Source of the DNA: Bdellovibrionota bacterium
GTDB taxonomy: Bacteria; Bdellovibrionota_C; UBA2361; OMII01
Direction of reading: 5' to 3'
Length of the DNA stretch: 34,992 nt
NCBI GenBank assembly: GCA_044345405.1
Contig: JBIJBE010000038.1
Coordinates: forward strand, 1-34,992
The translations under genes were made by a program, and so were the position numbers. The notes under the pieces are model-generated. The model did not search any database. It was not told where the DNA came from and saw nothing but the letters and a program-made list of their open reading frames with translations. Shown piece by piece: positions 1 to 9,946 of the stretch (the stretch's first letter is position 1; each line of letters starts with the position of its first letter).

Positions 1-2
1 AC

Positions 3-521
3 GAAACGCACGCGTATCACGCGGTGAAGCTCTCCCTTCAGATCTTTGACCAGCTCAAGAGCGTTCATAAGCTGGGAGGAGAGGAACGTGCCCTCTTAGA
101 GGTCGCGGCGCTTCTCCACGATGTTGGGTACTTTGTAAATTCGAACGATCATCATAAACATTCCGAGTACATCCTTCGCTCAAGCCATTTCCCGGGGCTC
201 TCCGATTCGCAACGTGAACTTGTGGCGTTGATCGCCCGCTATCACCGAGGTGATCTCCCTTCCAATCGTGAAGACACCTTCGCGGCGCTCTCGAAGTCCG
301 GAAAAAGAGCCGTGACCGTGTTGGCCGCTATCATTCGGCTTGTCGAGGAGCTCGATCGAGAGCACCTTAAACGAATTGGCACGCTCAAACTCCGAAGAAG
401 GGGTGCCACGGTAACCCTCAAGCTACCCAGTCGCTCACCGCTCCTTGTTGAGCGGATTGGAGCCGAGTCACGAAAGACCGCTCTTGAGGAGTGTTTGGGG
501 TTATCGATCTCGATCGAATAG
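3..521 (+). CDS. ppx: Ppx/GppA exopolyphosphatase, C-terminal HD domain (5' truncated by window edge)
   Basis: AALLHDVG, HHKHSEY, IARYHR and IIRL motifs typical of the Ppx C-terminal domain; frame open to window start; next to ppk1. Confidence 0.85.
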   Translation, partial: ETHAYHAVKLSLQIFDQLKSVHKLGGEERALLEVAALLHDVGYFVNSNDHHKHSEYILRSSHFPGLSDSQRELVALIARYHRGDLPSNREDTFAALSKSGKRAVTVLAAIIRLVEELDREHLKRIGTLKLRRRGATVTLKLPSRSPLLVERIGAESRKTALEECLGLSISIE

Positions 522-562
522 GGACGATTCTTCGCTTGGGGAGCGCTCCGGGTCGTCACATC

Positions 563-2722
563 CTAGGAGACACCCCGAGAGCTGGAGCGCGCCCTATCTT
601 TCGAGATCTTCATGAGTAAATCCTGAGAACTCAGGGCGACCGTTTGCTCTTCTGGTTTGCGGGGAAGGTACGAGCCGTTTGGCTGAAGGTCCCATCCCGA
701 CACGGAATCATAAAGGCACGCCGTGAGTATCTCCCAACAACGTAGGCGGGCTTGAATGTCGATGATCGGCACAGCTACCTCTACCCGGCGATGAAGGTTT
801 CGATACATCGGGTCCGCCGAGCTCATAAACATCGCCCCACCGAGAGGATCCGACGACCCGTTTCGGAAGTAGTATAACCTGGAATGCTCAAGAAATCGGC
901 CGACGATGGAGGTCACCCGCGGATTCATGACGCCATTGGTGACCGTCGGTTTGAGACAACAGATCCCACGTATTATCAGATCTACGGGAACTCCCGCCTG
1001 CGCCGCTCGTGAGAGCTCTCTGCACGTTGCGGTATCCTCAAGACTGTTGGCCTTGATGAGGATATGAGCCGGTAGTCCCTTCTTATGATTTTCAACCTCT
1101 CTCTCGATCAGGGTGTGGAGCTTATCTTTCAGGGCAACCGGCGCCACGAGAAGAGCGTTGTAATCCCGTTTCAATGAGCGTCCGGTGAGAAAGTGGAAGA
1201 GCTCAACCATGTCATCGCATATCGTTTTGTCACACGTGAAGAGACCGAGATCTGTGTAGAAGCGAGCGGTGGTCGAATTATAATTACCGGTTCCAAGGTG
1301 CCCATAGCACCGAATAGAGTCGTTCTCTTGTCGGGCGACAAGAATAAGTTTCGCGTGTGTTTTGAGTCCCACCACTCCGTACATCACATGTACTCCCGCG
1401 TTCTCCAATAATTGCGCGTGTCTAATATTGCGAGCCTCATCGAAGCTCGCTTTCACCTCAATCAAGCACACGACGTGCTTGTCGTTCTCGGCGGCTTTTA
1501 TCAGGAGGGGGATGAGAGAGCTATTGTCGCCGGCGCGATAGAGGGTCATTTTAATGGAGAGTACCTTTGGGTCCTCGACCGCCGCGCGAAGAAAGCGTTC
1601 GACGCTCCCGTTGAACGATTCATAGGGATGATGGACCAGAATGTCACCGGCTCGAATGACAGAGAAGATGTTCGCGTCTTCATCGACCAATTGGGCCGGC
1701 GCGACGGGGGTCCAGTTCTCAAATTTGAGGTGTTGAATTCCCACATCCGCGACCTCCTTCAAAGTGGCGAACTCCATCGCGCTCACCGAGAGATAGACAT
1801 CGTCATCGGATATTCCTACCTCCTCCATGAGATATCGCAGGATCGGGGCGCTTGGGGACGGGCCGTGTTCAAGTCGCACGACCTGGGCGAATTTTCTCTC
1901 CTTCAAACCCTCGGCGATCGACTCAACGAGGTCGTCAGCTTCATATTCATCGACATCGAGCTCCGAGTTTCGGGTGATTCGGAAAGGTAGGACGTCCTGG
2001 ATTATCATTCCCGGGAAGAGGGCGCTTAAGTTATTGCGGATGATCTCGGTAGTTGAGATCGCGCGAAAATGTTCACCAGCTTTTGGATCCAGTCGAAATA
2101 ATTGCGGAAGGACGGTAGGTATCTTCACTCGAGCGAACAGCTTCTCATCCCTATCTGGGTGGTTGAGGAGGATTCCGAGCGAGAGTGAAAGGTTCGAGAT
2201 AGCGGGGAACGGGTGTCCGGGATCTATCGCTTGAGGAGTTAGTACGGGAAAGATGTTTGTTTGAAAATAGGTAGTAGCCGCTTCCCGCTCGGCGCTTGAT
2301 AGATCCTTCCATCCTACGAGACGAAGCCCGTTTTGCGCGAGACTTGGCTTTAGTTCGTGTTCCAGGATGTGGTCTTGCGTGTTGATCAGGTCGGTCACGG
2401 ATGTTCGGATCTGTTTTAGTAATTTTTCTGAGTCCGCGCTGAGCCCCGCCAGCCCCTGTCCTTTGATGGCGTCTATCTTCTGTTGCAATCCACCAACTCG
2501 GTTCATGAAGAACTCGTCGAGGTTGGATGTGCAGATCGTGACAAATCGAACTCGCTCAAGGAGTGGACATGACGCGTTGTGCGCTTGAGCAAGTACCCGG
2601 CGATTAAATTCTATCCAGCTCAATTCCCGGTTGAAAAATTCGTCAGATGTGACAAAGGCGATCGGAGACTGTGAACGTCTCGCTTTTATCTTTCGCCGCC
2701 TTTTTGTCGAAGACTGGACCAT
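563..2722 (-). CDS. ppk1: polyphosphate kinase 1
   Basis: FNRELSWIEFNRRVL, SNLDEFFM, HHPYESF, IKMTLYR, LKTHAK, GTGNYN and SIVGRFLEHSR motifs. Confidence 0.97.
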   Translation of the reverse strand: MVQSSTKRRRKIKARRSQSPIAFVTSDEFFNRELSWIEFNRRVLAQAHNASCPLLERVRFVTICTSNLDEFFMNRVGGLQQKIDAIKGQGLAGLSADSEKLLKQIRTSVTDLINTQDHILEHELKPSLAQNGLRLVGWKDLSSAEREAATTYFQTNIFPVLTPQAIDPGHPFPAISNLSLSLGILLNHPDRDEKLFARVKIPTVLPQLFRLDPKAGEHFRAISTTEIIRNNLSALFPGMIIQDVLPFRITRNSELDVDEYEADDLVESIAEGLKERKFAQVVRLEHGPSPSAPILRYLMEEVGISDDDVYLSVSAMEFATLKEVADVGIQHLKFENWTPVAPAQLVDEDANIFSVIRAGDILVHHPYESFNGSVERFLRAAVEDPKVLSIKMTLYRAGDNSSLIPLLIKAAENDKHVVCLIEVKASFDEARNIRHAQLLENAGVHVMYGVVGLKTHAKLILVARQENDSIRCYGHLGTGNYNSTTARFYTDLGLFTCDKTICDDMVELFHFLTGRSLKRDYNALLVAPVALKDKLHTLIEREVENHKKGLPAHILIKANSLEDTATCRELSRAAQAGVPVDLIIRGICCLKPTVTNGVMNPRVTSIVGRFLEHSRLYYFRNGSSDPLGGAMFMSSADPMYRNLHRRVEVAVPIIDIQARLRCWEILTACLYDSVSGWDLQPNGSYLPRKPEEQTVALSSQDLLMKISKDRARSSSRGVS

Positions 2723-2859
2723 GTGAAGATGTCGCTATCCTCTCAATCGCTGAGGTAAAGAGCCACTACCAAGTAAGCGCCGATGCGTGCGGCCGCTGCC
2801 CGCACCATACCATGGTATAGTATCGGTATAGGTGTTGGGGGTCTAAATAGCTTAAAAAT

Positions 2860-4218
2860 CTATTGGTTTGAGGTGTTTGAGTGCTGTTTCAGGACGTGTT
2901 GAATCTCCGCTGCCACCTCCTGTGCCTGCTGGCGGATCTCTCGGACCGCGGTTATCTCCCATAGATCCTCACGTTGGAGAGGTCCAAGGAGCCACAATGA
3001 GGCGGCCGCTTCACGTGTCGCACGAGGGCTCACGCCAAGAGGTCCGGGCGAAATGAGGCCATGGGCGCGCAAACTCTGCAGCACGGGCACGTTTGTTTTG
3101 GTGATGTCAGCCTCCGGTCCCGTACACCGAAACGCCGCGTCGAAGAGGAGTCGTGGAGTGGTCTCGTTACGGTCGCCTTTTTTTCTGATAGCGACAGCTA
3201 TTCGCGAGGACTCGAGATCGCAGCTTATGAGTCTCCCCGCCATGAGGTTAAGCCTGCCTGAGCTTCGAAGCTCCTCGATCATGGTCCCGTGTTCAGAGGG
3301 GATTCGATGTCGATGGATATCCCATACCGGTCTTACATGGCGAAGAAATCGCTTTCGTTCAGAGAGGGAGAGGTGCCGCCACATCGATTGAATCTTAGGA
3401 CGCATCGCGTCGAATACCGGTTGCGAGGAACCAAGACGACGACTCTCGGCTCGAATAGTGGAAACGAGGGCCCGAGCGGAACCGCGGGTGTCCCAGTCCT
3501 GTGGGAGATGCGCGATCGCGGAGGAGGGGAGCGACTCGTGCGGCCTCGGAAAACGTCCGTGACGAGAGAGAACCGTGTAGGTGCCATGGAAGCCTCTCGC
3601 CTCACACTCAAGGATCGTATCGACGGCGGTGAGCCCGCTTCCAAGGATGAAGAGCGTCTGGAATGTCGAGACATCGTCGTAGCTTTTGGGATTATACGGT
3701 TCGCGAAACCGAGTGGTGGATTGCGCTGAAGTGGTCGAGGCACTCATGAGGTTTCCGATTGCGATAACGCATCCGTCAACGCTGAGCGCGTCGCCGCTCT
3801 TGAGTGAGATCGCCCATTTTCCAGACGTGGGGTTTCGACTGACGCCTACGACCTCATCGGTGAGTCGGTGAAGGGTATTGCCGTGAGCTTGCGCCGCTGC
3901 TTCGTTGAGTAGCTCGGAGAGGTACTCACCGTAGTGGAGTCGTGGGGAGAAGTCGTCGGGGGATGTGTAGGGATACCGATTCTTCGCCCATCGATAGAAT
4001 CCCTCGACGTCATCGGGGAACGCTCCCATGGCTTGCGCTCGCACGTTCAGCTTGAACCGTTCGCTGGGAGGGGAGTAGGCGAGACCAGGCCCGAACGAGC
4101 CGCGGGGATCGATAAGGTAGATGTCGATTGGGGCGTCGTTCGCTGGCGTGCGAGCGAGGTGGATTGCGGTAAGGGTGCCGCTGAACCCAGCGCCGATGAT
4201 GGCAAGGGAGGTACGCAT
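2860..4218 (-). CDS. FAD/NAD(P)-binding protein (COG4529/YdhS-like)
   Basis: N-terminal IIGAGFSG, GPGLAY, LNV, second GSGLTAVD, WDIHRHR and C-terminal WEITAVREIR motifs. Confidence 0.85.
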   Translation of the reverse strand: MRTSLAIIGAGFSGTLTAIHLARTPANDAPIDIYLIDPRGSFGPGLAYSPPSERFKLNVRAQAMGAFPDDVEGFYRWAKNRYPYTSPDDFSPRLHYGEYLSELLNEAAAQAHGNTLHRLTDEVVGVSRNPTSGKWAISLKSGDALSVDGCVIAIGNLMSASTTSAQSTTRFREPYNPKSYDDVSTFQTLFILGSGLTAVDTILECEARGFHGTYTVLSRHGRFPRPHESLPSSAIAHLPQDWDTRGSARALVSTIRAESRRLGSSQPVFDAMRPKIQSMWRHLSLSERKRFLRHVRPVWDIHRHRIPSEHGTMIEELRSSGRLNLMAGRLISCDLESSRIAVAIRKKGDRNETTPRLLFDAAFRCTGPEADITKTNVPVLQSLRAHGLISPGPLGVSPRATREAAASLWLLGPLQREDLWEITAVREIRQQAQEVAAEIQHVLKQHSNTSNQ

Positions 4219-4242
4219 GGTAGGAGGAAGTCTACCGTTGTT

Positions 4243-4307
4243 CTCTTTCCTCGAGCAAGGAGCGTAGGCGGTGATGGGTGCCTAACGCTCTGCTCGAGGG
4301 AAAGGGG
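4243..4307. repeat. long imperfect intergenic hairpin (REP-like or mRNA-structure element)
   Basis: cctcgagca/tgctcgagg, gagcgt/acgctc and aggc/gcct nested stems. Confidence 0.55.
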
Positions 4308-4332
4308 TAAGTCGTGACTGACAGGACTTTAT

Positions 4333-5418
4333 CTATCCCAAAAGGGGAATCGATGAGAGTTGCTTGGCGTTGATGTCCGATGGGGTGAAGCCAACGGAGA
4401 GAATGCCTGGGTTTTCAAACGATCGAATTTTGTAGGTCTTCGACTTCATGTTCGCGACCACAACCCATTCCGTGTACTCATACGAATTCACTCCTCCGCC
4501 ATATCCACTTGAGCTATCAAGATGAATCGCTCCGAAGGGGATGTCGAAGTTATTCATGATGTGCCATGCCCGCTGCTCCTGCACGTCGGTGGTAGCCGCA
4601 GGAGTGTTCAAAACGAAGAGGGATGCTCGGATGAATCGATCGGGGCTTAGGAAGCTTCCAGGCATGCCGTGAAGGCCGTTCCCGGAGCTGGCAGCATAAA
4701 AAGTTTTTCCGTTAACGGTCATCGGCTTCTTGTCGGTGCCGCTTAGGTTTGTGTAGTTGCCGATATTTTGAAGGTGCCACGAAAAAACAGGATCGTTAGT
4801 CATAGTGCCGATGGTGTTGTCAGTCATCACCAGCGCTCCATTAACATACTCAACTACCAAGCTTGCGCCCGAGGCATCGTGCAGAGTCATCCTCGACTTA
4901 GCTACGCCACCCCACTCCTTCAAGGGAGAGCTATTCACAAACATAGCGGGCAACGCGGCCTTAACTTCAGCGACCGTGGCGAAGTTGGTGAGGGCATAGA
5001 GCAGCAATTGTTGGGGGGCGATGCTGTTTGAGGACTGAGCCTGGGTGGGGCTTTGGTATTGCGCTGTGTTGGGCGCGTTCAACAAGCCTCCAGCGAGGCC
5101 GACCTCATTGATGCCATCCACATAGAGGGGCATCCCAAACGCGTTGGCGCCAATCACGGCGTATTTTGACACCCAGTTTTTGCCTGACCCCGCGACGCCA
5201 TCAATTCCTACCCCTTGAAACGCGTAGCCTCGGGGAGTTTTCAGGATGGCCGATTTAAGGGGAATGCCGAATTCCATGGTTCGGGCATAGACATGTCCGT
5301 TGTCGGTACCGTCGAGGACAAGTGACGTGCATGCGCGCGCTTGATCGGCTACAAGAAAAGAGATCAGCCCGGCGCAAACGCTGAGACGAAGATACGTGGA
5401 AATGGAGTTCAGTCGCAT
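4333..5418 (-). CDS. exported linear amide C-N hydrolase (choloylglycine hydrolase/penicillin V acylase family, Ntn hydrolase)
   Basis: signal peptide ending ARA then catalytic CTS; YARTMEF, DGINEVGL, MTNDP, PG.F.SPDRF and NNFDIP motifs; start moved to ATG at 5418. Confidence 0.9.
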   Translation of the reverse strand: MRLNSISTYLRLSVCAGLISFLVADQARACTSLVLDGTDNGHVYARTMEFGIPLKSAILKTPRGYAFQGVGIDGVAGSGKNWVSKYAVIGANAFGMPLYVDGINEVGLAGGLLNAPNTAQYQSPTQAQSSNSIAPQQLLLYALTNFATVAEVKAALPAMFVNSSPLKEWGGVAKSRMTLHDASGASLVVEYVNGALVMTDNTIGTMTNDPVFSWHLQNIGNYTNLSGTDKKPMTVNGKTFYAASSGNGLHGMPGSFLSPDRFIRASLFVLNTPAATTDVQEQRAWHIMNNFDIPFGAIHLDSSSGYGGGVNSYEYTEWVVVANMKSKTYKIRSFENPGILSVGFTPSDINAKQLSSIPLLG

Positions 5419-5464
5419 AATCAATAATCCTAAGGGGAGACATTGGTAACGAGGACGACGGCTC

Positions 5465-5495
5465 TTTATAGCAAGTCGAGGGTCTGAATTGTCAA
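5465..5495 (-). promoter_or_regulatory. possible sigma70 promoter for the C-N hydrolase
   Basis: TTGACA-19 bp-TATAAA with TGn extension on the minus strand; spacer is long. Confidence 0.35.
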
Positions 5496-5582
5496 ATAAT
5501 TTGTAGCGGAGCGGGTGCGTATGATAGCGCTCTCTGTTTGAACTCGCGTTCTGCGCCGCGCGCGATTTAGCCGATGAATGCT

Positions 5583-6206
5583 TCAAGGAAGTGTGACAGT
5601 CGTGACTGACAGGACTCTCTCCAGTACCGCCTTCTCCAACTGTTGCAACCGTTGCTCCCTTGATCCCCATAGTTCGATCAATAGTGGGCCACTAGTAGCC
5701 GGAAGTACGTTGAAACGCCCCTCCCGGTATATCTGTTTAAAGATCGCGTCTACCTCATCCCGGTAGGCGTGATCCACCGGCCTTATGCCGTCGGCCTCCA
5801 TCTCCACTGGCCACGCCTCAGATTTTGGCACAAACGCCAGGATGTCGAGGTGGTCGAGCGATTCCCTGACAACGGGAACCATCGACTCCACAAAGGCATC
5901 GTCGATATCTGTGCTGCCCTGGTTAGCGGTGTATTGGGAGTATGCGATGTAGTCTACCGGGGCCCTATCAAAAATGACGTCGTTCGTGCTCTGGGGATAC
6001 CGATACAGGCGACTAATGTTGTAATACATCTGAAGGCCGTTGTGCAGCTTGGTAGAGGCCTCGCGAAAATGAATCTCGTACGGCCCGAATAACCCCAACG
6101 CGCGGTACGGCTCCTCCTCGCGAATGAACTCAGGGTGCTTCGCTACCCAATCGTTGACCACTGTTGATTTGCCTAAAGAGTGAGAGCCTGATATCGCGAT
6201 ACGCAT
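5583..6206 (-). CDS. P-loop ATPase/kinase (AAA_28/NadR-type nucleotide kinase-like)
   Basis: N-terminal GSHSLGKST Walker A; IFDRAPVDYIAY; EADGIRP. Confidence 0.75.
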   Translation of the reverse strand: MRIAISGSHSLGKSTVVNDWVAKHPEFIREEEPYRALGLFGPYEIHFREASTKLHNGLQMYYNISRLYRYPQSTNDVIFDRAPVDYIAYSQYTANQGSTDIDDAFVESMVPVVRESLDHLDILAFVPKSEAWPVEMEADGIRPVDHAYRDEVDAIFKQIYREGRFNVLPATSGPLLIELWGSREQRLQQLEKAVLERVLSVTTVTLP

Positions 6207-6317
6207 CGTTCCGTTCTGCTCCTTTTCTGGGAGTTTGAACAGCCCTACAATGTATCGGTGCCGCTACGATTCAACTAGTTGCAACCCTCCCCTGGTAGAC
6301 CCCACTTACGGGTCTGT

Positions 6318-8003
6318 CTACAGAGCATGTATCATCGCTTGGTAACGCTCGGCGCGCAGCTTTGCAAGCAGGGGAAAGACGCGAGTCTCTTCCATGCCGA
6401 GCGAAAGAAGGGATTGCCGTACCATCTCAAGACCAACCTCCAGTTGAGGTTGCACGATCTCATCGAAGGTAAGGGATGAGAGGGTATCGATGTCCTCCAC
6501 CTCTTCGACCCGTACGACGACCGGGACATCACGACGCACGTCCCTAATTTCACCAACCATCGACGGAAGTATCCTGTCGTTTGTGGTCGTAACGACGACA
6601 AGCTGGGCGCCCTTGAGTCCCGCCGCTTCGAGGATCGTGGGTCGAGAGGCGTCACCAAATACCACGGCCACGTTTCTGTCTCGCATCTGTGTGACCGTTT
6701 TATAATCGGCCTCTATGACTGTGTAAGGGATCTCAAAGGTCTTGAGTACTCGCGCGACATACTGACCAACAACTCCTCCACCGATAATAATCACGTGGTC
6801 CCGGAGTGGCGCCGGGGCTTCGATAACGTGGGAGATCTCTGTTGGGCCTTCGCTCTGAGCGCCGCGCGCGAGCACCTCTCCAAGCCAGAAAAACGCGGGG
6901 GTCGCTACCATCGATACTACGGTAACGGCGATCATGAGGGAGAAGGACTCAGCGGAGAGGTTTTGAGAATGCTGGCCGGCCTTGGCGATCACGAACGCGA
7001 ACTCTCCGACCTGCGCAAGCCCGAGTCCGACCGTCCATGAGAACGCTCGATTGTAGCGAAAGACCCTCATGGTAGACGAGATAACTACTGCTTTGGAGGC
7101 GACGATCGCGGCAGTCAAAAGCAGTATCGTCCAGACGTGATCGACGAAGAAGAGGGGATCGAAGAGCATTCCCACCGAGGCGAAGAAGATGAGCGCAAAG
7201 AGGTCTCGAAGCGTTGAGACATCGCTCAGCGCTTGGTGGTTAAAATCGGTATCGCTCAGGAGCATTCCCGCGACGAACGCGCCGAGGGCGAAGGAGAGCC
7301 CGAGCTCATGAGAGAGATATCCCGTGCCAAACGCGACCGTGAGGGTTGAGAGGAGGAAGAGCTCCCGAGAGCCCTGTCTGGCGATGAGGTTGAAGAGTCG
7401 CGGAAAGACGTATACCCCAGCGAAGTACATGATCGTAAGAAAAAGCGCCGACTTTCCTATTGCCGTCGCTATAGGAATAATGGAAATGGTTTCGGCGGTG
7501 AGCTGCGGAAGGAGGAGCATCATCGGCACGATCGCCACGTCTTGCGCGATGAGGATGGCGAGCATGACGCGCCCCGCGGTTGATTCGAGCGCATCGCGGG
7601 CGGAGAGGGTTTTCAAAACGATCATCGTGCTTGAGAGCGATATCGCCGCGCCGATCCAGATGCCGTCACTCGTGCTTAGTCCGAGCGCGATGGATATGAG
7701 GTATCCCATAACCGCGCACAGAAGAAGTTGTAGTGGGGTAGCGAGGAACGCTATGCGCCACACTCGGCGGAGTTCGCCGAATGAGAATTCAAGGCCGAGG
7801 GTAAAGAGCAGGAGCGCGACGCCGATCTCAGCGAGCATCTCTATGTCGTGAATGTTCTGAACGGTAATGCCCCCCGTGTAGGGCCCGACCGCGACGCCGG
7901 CAAGGATATACCCGAAGATTAACGGTTGGCGACAGAGGTGAGCGATCAAGCCACCAATGAGGGCGGCGATAATAATAAAGACGATGTCAGAGGCTATTCC
8001 CAT
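6318..8003 (-). CDS. CPA2-family cation:proton antiporter with C-terminal TrkA-N (KTN) domain (KefB/YbaL-like)
   Basis: AEIGVALLLFTLGLEF, SLSST, QD, LGAFVAG, FFASVGM, AQVGEFAFV motifs; GGGVVG and FGDA in KTN domain; start taken at ATG 8003. Confidence 0.92.
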   Translation of the reverse strand: MGIASDIVFIIIAALIGGLIAHLCRQPLIFGYILAGVAVGPYTGGITVQNIHDIEMLAEIGVALLLFTLGLEFSFGELRRVWRIAFLATPLQLLLCAVMGYLISIALGLSTSDGIWIGAAISLSSTMIVLKTLSARDALESTAGRVMLAILIAQDVAIVPMMLLLPQLTAETISIIPIATAIGKSALFLTIMYFAGVYVFPRLFNLIARQGSRELFLLSTLTVAFGTGYLSHELGLSFALGAFVAGMLLSDTDFNHQALSDVSTLRDLFALIFFASVGMLFDPLFFVDHVWTILLLTAAIVASKAVVISSTMRVFRYNRAFSWTVGLGLAQVGEFAFVIAKAGQHSQNLSAESFSLMIAVTVVSMVATPAFFWLGEVLARGAQSEGPTEISHVIEAPAPLRDHVIIIGGGVVGQYVARVLKTFEIPYTVIEADYKTVTQMRDRNVAVVFGDASRPTILEAAGLKGAQLVVVTTTNDRILPSMVGEIRDVRRDVPVVVRVEEVEDIDTLSSLTFDEIVQPQLEVGLEMVRQSLLSLGMEETRVFPLLAKLRAERYQAMIHAL

Positions 8004-8168
8004 AGCTCTATGACTTAGCAGGGGGTGAGGGTATTCGATAGGGGGGAGGTGAGGGTGCGTGTGCGACACTTTTGAGGTGGCTACGGGTGGTGCTTGCGAG
8101 ATAACGTGAATACGATTCAGGGGATTTAACGCCCCACATCGGTGTAACCTTTTTCGGGTATAGGTAAG

Positions 8169-9164
8169 ATGTCCTCTACGGTTCTAGCCGCTCAAAAACA
8201 TCCCTTGAAAGTTGCCGTGATAGGGTGCGGCCATATTGGCTCGCTTCACGCGAAAGCGGTCGATGAATCGTCGTTGGCTGAGCTTGTCGGGCTGTGTGAC
8301 ATCTCTCTAGAGTCACGGCAACACCTGAGCTCCCTGTACGGTGGGATCCCCACCTTTTCGAACGTTGAGGAGTTGCTCTCCCGTTCTCGGCCCGATGTTG
8401 TGTCTATCGCTACGCCAGATCACGTACACGCTGAGCCCGCGATCACGGCCGCGCGCGCCGGATGTCACGCATTCGTGGAAAAGCCGATGGCGATGACCCT
8501 CGATGAGGCGCGCGCCATGGCGGCTGTCGCTCACGACGCAGGACGCCACATGGCGATAGATTATAATCGTCGATACGGGTTCGCGTACCGTAAGGCGCTC
8601 TCGTTGATTCAGGAGGGAGCAATCGGCACCGTGAAGCAGATTACCCTTACCGTCACTGATGGGATCCCCGCCTCCGCGAAGGACCGAGGGCCCCATGCGA
8701 TACTCTATCTGTTGCTCTCCCATCACATCGACCTGCTGCGCATGGTAGGAGGCGAGATTAAGGATGTTCATGCCGCCATGCGTGAGAACGAGAGCGGGCA
8801 GGTCGATACGGTAAGCGCCTCGTTCCGGCATGAGAACGGAGCGCTCTCGCAGCTCTCGGGAGCGTGGATAGCGGGGCAGGGGAGAACGGAAGAACAGATG
8901 ATACTCACCGGCACCTCCGGTGTACTTACCGTGGATGATGTGTTGCGAGGTGTTCGCCTCCGAAAGCTCAATCCCGACATCGTCGAGAGCTACTCCAATA
9001 GCGTCTTCAGTTCAGAGGCGACCTTCTACGATACCGTTCGGATTCATCTGCATAGTTTCTTAAGCGCGGTGGCGGAAGGGCGGACCCCTGAGGTAACGGC
9101 TCATGATGGGGTTCGGGGGTTGGAGATTATTGAGGGGATGATTGGGAGCGCGGCTCGGAGGTAG
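8169..9164 (+). CDS. Gfo/Idh/MocA-family NAD(P)-dependent oxidoreductase
   Basis: GCGHIG Rossmann motif, IATPDHVH, VEKPMA, YNRRY, HHID. Confidence 0.92.
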   Translation: MSSTVLAAQKHPLKVAVIGCGHIGSLHAKAVDESSLAELVGLCDISLESRQHLSSLYGGIPTFSNVEELLSRSRPDVVSIATPDHVHAEPAITAARAGCHAFVEKPMAMTLDEARAMAAVAHDAGRHMAIDYNRRYGFAYRKALSLIQEGAIGTVKQITLTVTDGIPASAKDRGPHAILYLLLSHHIDLLRMVGGEIKDVHAAMRENESGQVDTVSASFRHENGALSQLSGAWIAGQGRTEEQMILTGTSGVLTVDDVLRGVRLRKLNPDIVESYSNSVFSSEATFYDTVRIHLHSFLSAVAEGRTPEVTAHDGVRGLEIIEGMIGSAARR

Positions 9165-9322
9165 GGGCCGCGACCTGGCGTGGGTGCGGATGACTCCGCG
9201 ACATTGCCCTTGTAGTAATGAGGCGAATCACGTTGCTTCATCACTAGAGGGGCCTCTTTTTTAATGGCACAGGCACTCTAATCCATCGCTATTTCGTGAT
9301 CACCTGAATACCTGGGTATCTC

Positions 9323-9946
9323 TTAGTTGATTTGTGGCGATACCTCAGGGACCGCCCCGACCTTTTCCACTATGAGTTCCCATCCCTCTCGAGGTCCCTG
9401 AATTCCCCTTATAGTGGCGTTTCTAGGGGAGGTCGTGACGCAGCCTCTTCGGTACGAGGCGAGTCCTCGGTCTCCAAGATAGGTCTCGTATCCAAGTATC
9501 TGTTTGCAGAGTCGATGGAGGAGTCTCCGCGCCATCTGTTGTTGTGCCCCTGTTCTTGGTTCATAAAAAGATGGAAGATCGTGTGGCTTAAAAACAGGAC
9601 TAGAGTCAAATCGTCCCTCGAATATGTGAGGGGCTCGTTGAAACCTCTTCAAACAGAGGGCCGTGGTGGCGTCAGCGATAACCATGCCGAATCCCCAAAG
9701 ATGCAGCGAGTACCTGGAGTCACAGGCCATAGCGTAGTGGGTGGAGCCGTGTGTTCCGGTAGGAGGGCGGGTTCGGGAAAATCCAAATTCAGTTAAAATA
9801 TTGCCTGATGCATTTCGAATGTCACATCCAAAGCACCACATTTGCAAATTGATTAGCCTCTCAAAGTTTTTGCCGAATTCCCCGTTGAATGACCACGAGG
9901 CAATCTTCGTTTGGTATCGAGGAAAGAGATTTTGCCGCTCAATCAT
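9323..9946 (-). CDS. hypothetical protein, translationally coupled to the upstream COG0523 gene
   Basis: 207-aa ORF with 4-bp ATGA overlap with the GTPase stop; WCFGCDI motif. Confidence 0.65.
   Translation of the reverse strand: MIERQNLFPRYQTKIASWSFNGEFGKNFERLINLQMWCFGCDIRNASGNILTEFGFSRTRPPTGTHGSTHYAMACDSRYSLHLWGFGMVIADATTALCLKRFQRAPHIFEGRFDSSPVFKPHDLPSFYEPRTGAQQQMARRLLHRLCKQILGYETYLGDRGLASYRRGCVTTSPRNATIRGIQGPREGWELIVEKVGAVPEVSPQIN

Noticed and set aside
5419-5670. N-terminal extension of the C-N hydrolase
   Set aside because: Overlaps the upstream gene; the signal peptide begins at 5418.
6270-6284. TTCAACTAGTTGCAA as a fifth Zur box
   Set aside because: 2-bp rather than 3-bp spacer, mismatch in the left arm, and no metal-related gene downstream.
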